Shown: positions 59,450 through 64,000 of the stretch, piece after piece | Numbering within the stretch: the stretch's first letter is position 1 | How the letters are laid out: every line of letters begins with the position of its first letter | DNA from: Macrostomum lignano | Taxonomy: Eukaryota | Assembly (NCBI GenBank): GCA_002269645.1 | Contig: NIVC01000435.1 | Span: 1 to 64,000, forward strand | Reading direction: 5' to 3' | DNA length: 64,000 nucleotides | The notes under the pieces: generated by a model | Database searches by the model: none | The model's input: the letters and a program-made list of their open reading frames with translations, nothing else | What the model was told of the DNA's origin: nothing | Made by a program: the position numbers and the translations under genes

Positions 59450-60270
59450 ACTGGACTATTTATCTAACCAACTATTTGTCTATTTGTTTTTAGGCAGACA
59501 AATAGTCCAAATTGAAAAGTTAAAAAAATTCTAAACGGTACTACACTGAGATTGCTAAAACATGTCACTAAAGCATCTTGTCACCAATGTGTCTAAAAAC
59601 CTATGTTGGTTACCATATCCACTATTTAGCACTGACAGATGAATTGCGAATAGTCCATTGGCCATTTTCCTAGGGTAGACAAATAGTCCAACAGACAAAT
59701 AGTCTTAGTTCCATATGATTTCGATGATTTACTATGACAAATAAGCTTTAAGTTATAAATTGTTTTGTTGGCAAACAAGAATATTGCCAACATTGGCACA
59801 ATGAGCTAAGGGTCACTGGTTAGATTGTCATAGTCATATTTTATTTTGTCATATTGGATGACAAAGTGACCAGAAGCAAAGTAGGCCTAGCTTAAAAAAT
59901 AATATAATGAAGTGGCCAAATATTTAGTTATGCTAGATAGATACTTTGTCATCAACCAATCAATCTGTGTAGGATTTGAGTTTGTTTTTTTGTTTAATAA
60001 CTAGGGCCTATAAGCTCTGGCAAGCAGAACTGATCAATTGACAGGTTTTATCAATTGAGATAACAAAATGACTGGGATCATTAGGATACCAAGATATGTT
60101 TGATTGTTACATTAATTCACTTGAAGTTGGAACTAATATGATCAGTGGATGACAAAATGACTCTTTTCAAGTAGTGCATATTAATTAAGATGACAAAGTG
60201 ACCATGGTTAAAGTGAGCACCCTCGACACCTAGATGACAAAATGGCAAATGACAAAATAACTAGGAACCG
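59450..60270. repeat. Dispersed motif arrays (GACAAATAGTCC; GATGACAAA(A/G)TGAC), probably degenerate non-autonomous DNA transposons
   Basis: Multiple direct and inverted copies of the two motifs; termini not resolved. Confidence 0.4.
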
Positions 60271-60888
60271 AGCTAAGATCTCTATGCAACCAATGCAATA
60301 GCAATTAAGCAACATACATGTAAGCCTACTATAAGGCAATTGTCAAGTTCCTTATTGTCTATAGTCAAACTGCCAATGAACAGCAAAAGCTTTACACGCT
60401 GTAATAGAGAGAAAACCATAATAGGATATTCATATTCCCAAATGGCTTTACTGGGTTCAGTACATTGACACAACAATTCCTTATGAAGTCCTATCCCATG
60501 CGGCCATGCATGGCATGTGCCATGTAGCAATGGCATAGCCTTGCTTGTTATTTACTTCTAGTTATTTGTTATTTGTCAACTTGTTACAAATCACTGATGT
60601 CTTGATTTGACCATAGGCCTAGACCTTTTTTCAAGTTAAAAAATGTTCAAATGTTCTAGCCATAGGGCCTAGACTAACATAGACCATAGATAGACATAGC
60701 CTAGGCCTAGTCATGAAATGATATCACTGTCAGCAGTGCATGCAGCATGGTGTTTGTCCATGGATATTTTTGCAATAATATTCAAGTTATACCTATTGCA
60801 AAAAAAGAACTTGTATAGCAGCTACAGCTTAGATTCACGTGAAAATCACAGAAAATAAAAAATTAGGCATATTACACACCAAATAACT

Positions 60889-62770
60889 GGGCCTTTTCAT
60901 ATTGCTTGTTCTGGTTCCAGAACCAGAACCAATTGGTAAAGTATAGGCCTAACTTTTTTCTCCATAGGCCTAACTAAAGGGAGATACGTGCTGTAAAGTT
61001 TTTATTATTGAATGACAATTGGCAAGAAGAAAGTGAAAATTTGTGCTAAGAGAGGTTGTTAAGGCAATCAAATATTAACAGAGTTAAATAGTTATACTGC
61101 TGTTTTTCTTGGAATTCCGAACCGATTCTGGTTCTGGAATTGGTAATATGAAACGCCATGACTAGGGACACGGCGGCCGTGCCTCTAACTCTATGTCTAG
61201 TCTAAGGACTGTAGGACATGGCCGCCGTGTCCCTAGCTACCACGCTACTCTGTGCCTAGAGCCACGGCGGCCGTGTCTTTAGCTGTGTGGACTCGTGGCA
61301 TGGCCGCCGTGTCCCTAGCTCTATGGGGACACGGCGGCCGTGTTCCTAGTAATCTACCACTCACATGCCTGGGGGCACGGTGGTTGTCTCTGAACAATGG
61401 GCTTTAAATGCAACATGATTCGATACATGTACGTAAGGTAGCTCGAACGTCGCCGGTAGTGTCCGTAAAGACGGTCAAATAATTGTGTCAATCCAATATA
61501 CTAAAACTCCTTTTAAATTATACTACTATATCGCACAAGTATACTGTGTCGTGGAACGCGCAAACTTGTTCGTTTTTTGTTTTATTTATTATTGCTTTTT
61601 TTCGATCAAGGACGATCAAGAACGAAAAGCTTTATAAATATCGATAGAGCAATAAAAAAGGCAAAACATATCAAAAGATGAGCACTGGATCTGCCTCCTA
61701 TCAAAAGTAATAGCAATTTTTGTGCTGAAAAAAATGAAAATTTCCTATCTCCGTAGTGTATTTTTTCGGGAAAAAGTGCCTTAAAAATTTTCTAAGAAAC
61801 GAGGTTTCCCGTCCTTCTACTTAAGTCGTCCTTGTTTTCGATGCGTACATATCTCGAGCATTTTTGTTGAAATTGACTGTTTGCAGGAATATAATTTAAG
61901 AATTGAACTTCTTACCTACCAAAAAAACTCTATGTGCTCTTTCAAATTTTATATTTTATACAATTTTGTTGTTATCTAATTAATATCTATATAATTTGCT
62001 TTTATAACGTAAGCACTAAGCTGTTTTGTGCAATACCGCCAACTACATACATAAATTTTACGCAATACTCTTTTTAACTCCTTGCTTTTTCTTTCGCTTC
62101 GTTAATCTTCCAAGTTTCGTTAATAACATTTCCGCGTTTTTTCAAATACCATATATTGCAAAACTCACTTAATCGTAATTAAATAACTAATGTTAAAATA
62201 TCTTAAATACACAGAAATATATTGGCCAAACAGGCTTCTTGCCTGAGCCAACTTACTACTACTACTACTACTACCATGCCTAGAGTACCTTACAAAAATA
62301 CATGTAGCGCCGTGCAATTACTTTATATACATGTATGTTAGCGCATCCAACATAGAATGGGGCGGTTAGCGGATGCATGTACAGCATGATAATATTAGTA
62401 TATTATACAGTAGATAATCGATTTGTCCAGTGGAGAGGATCGAAGAGAAAAACGGGTGCACGCCGATGACGTTCGAGCTACCTACGTAAATGTATCGAAT
62501 CATGTTGCATTTAAAGCCCATTGTTCAGAGACAACCGCCGTGCCCCCAGGCATGTGAGTGGTAGATTACTAGGAACACGGCCGCCGTGTCCCCATACACA
62601 GAGCTAGGGACACGGCGGCCGTGCCGCGAGTCCACACAGCTAAAGACACGGCCGCCGTGGCTCTAGGCACATAGTAGCGTGGTAGCTAGGGACACGGCGG
62701 CCGTGTCCTTAGACATAGAGTTAGAGGCACGGCCGCCGTGTCCCTAGTCATGGCGAATATGAAAAGGCCC
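60889..62770. mobile_element. PIF/Harbinger-like MITE (about 271 bp before interruption), split by the nested element
   Basis: TIR GGGCCTTTTCATATT / AATATGAAAAGGCCC; 3-bp TSD ACT at 60886-88 and 62771-73. Confidence 0.8.
61154..62755. mobile_element. Mutator/foldback-type non-autonomous element, 1602 bp, with TIRs of about 290-300 bp
   Basis: 61154-61451 is the near-perfect reverse complement of 62468-62755. 9-bp TSD AATATGAAA at 61145-53 and 62756-64. Each arm holds about 6 copies of CACGGCGGCCGTG or its complement. Confidence 0.88.
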
Positions 62771-64000
62771 ACTGTGTGAACCACAACCACCGGTCAACCA
62801 AACGAACAAGTTCGTGGTAAAATCTGCGCCGAATATACGCAAACGTCTACTGGCAAAATTTTAGCAAAGAGTTTATATTCAATTTAAAGTAAATTTTATA
62901 ACTCTTTTAAAAAGCTATTCCTAACTACTTTGATTGTTAGTTCAGCCTTTAAGGCTTAGTTTTTATTGTTTAAAATTTTCTTTTGGCAAAATTTGAAATA
63001 GAATAATTTTACCTTGGCTTAAACTATTAAATTATTGAGCTAGGCTTTTTATATTGCACTTGTTCTTATTCTAGAACCAGAAACACTGTAAAGTATAATT
63101 TTTTGTGTCCTTAACTAGAGGGATATACTTGCTATACTTGCGCAAGGATCTTAGCTCATGGCGGCAGCGTGTTCTTGTTTGCAAACAAATTAAAACGATT
63201 TATAACCTTAAGCTTATTCACACCATCAAACGAGCCATCAAAATCATGCAGTCAAATATACATAAAGGAGTCAAATTAAACGAGCCTTTCTAGGCCAGGG
63301 CAGTATAATCTCGATCATGCATGTACATTGTTGACCCTTTACAATGTAGCAGTAGCAGTGTACATTGAGTTCTGTGATCTCACAATGATGTACATGTGTA
63401 TATAAGCCTATTGCATGAATGAGAGTAGAGATATGTACTATGCATATGCTTAAACTGAATTTTGAGCACTCCTGCAACGCTTTTACTGCAGTTTAACTTT
63501 ATAAACAGGGGCAAACTCTACTGGAGAGTGGAGTGTTGATGAATCATGAACTGATGATAAAGGCCGTGCTGCCCGTGCCATGCAAAGCTCCTGCTATATA
63601 TGCTACTCCAGCTGCTACGCTACACAAGGAGGCCAATGTTGCTGCTATGCATGCAGAACTGGTACTACATGGCTCCAAAAGTCACGACCATTGTGCAAAA
63701 TATGCCAAACTGCAGATGCGACTCAGCACTCAGTGAGCTGTGGAGATTGTACACAACTGGCCTGGGTAGCTAAGCATCTGCAGATTCATACGTGCTTGCA
63801 GTCAGCTTCAGCCTGAAAGATTGCAATTAAGGATTGCAAGCTAGCTTTTGCTTTAAATTTTTAATTTGTGACCTTTTTATTTACTAAAACTGAAATCTAA
63901 AATCTGCTTTTAACTTTGAACTAATTTTATTGTATCAATACTATCATCGCAGCGCCTAGCCTTATAAAAATGTCAGCTAGGCCCTATCAAAACGTAGTTT

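Noticed and set aside
63533-63816. Cys-rich ORF 63580-63816 as a zinc finger
   Set aside because: Short, Cys spacing fits no family I recognise, and there is no supporting splice structure.

Overview
Eukaryotic, intron-containing animal DNA. Its GC-rich exons and minisatellite-filled introns resemble a free-living flatworm such as Macrostomum, but the taxon is an inference. From left to right the window holds: a frameshifted Ty3/Gypsy pol remnant; two tandem 4-exon paralogues of a TRPM-type cation channel whose N-terminus has canonical ankyrin repeats instead of the SLOG/MHR1-2 domain (copy 1 has a 1-nt frameshift, copy 2 is intact); a complete 6.7-kb CACTA/EnSpm transposon with TIRs, TA TSD, an intact transposase and a 7-exon BEN-like accessory gene; and four minus-strand host genes (an equilibrative nucleoside transporter, a PLOD lysyl hydroxylase, a Myb/SANT-trihelix protein with a PxDLS motif, and the NOA1 GTPase). 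It also holds many minisatellites, two tRNA-headed SINEs and several non-autonomous DNA transposons, including a Mutator/foldback element nested in the TIR of a Harbinger-like MITE. The best leads are: (1) the ankyrin-TRPM channel pair, with apparent gene conversion limited to the pore region; and (2) a 61-nt candidate intron in the EnSpm element whose donor overlaps the accessory gene's stop codon, so splicing would switch output from a BEN-only protein to a BEN-transposase fusion. All gene models were spliced and frame-checked by hand. No database searches were run.
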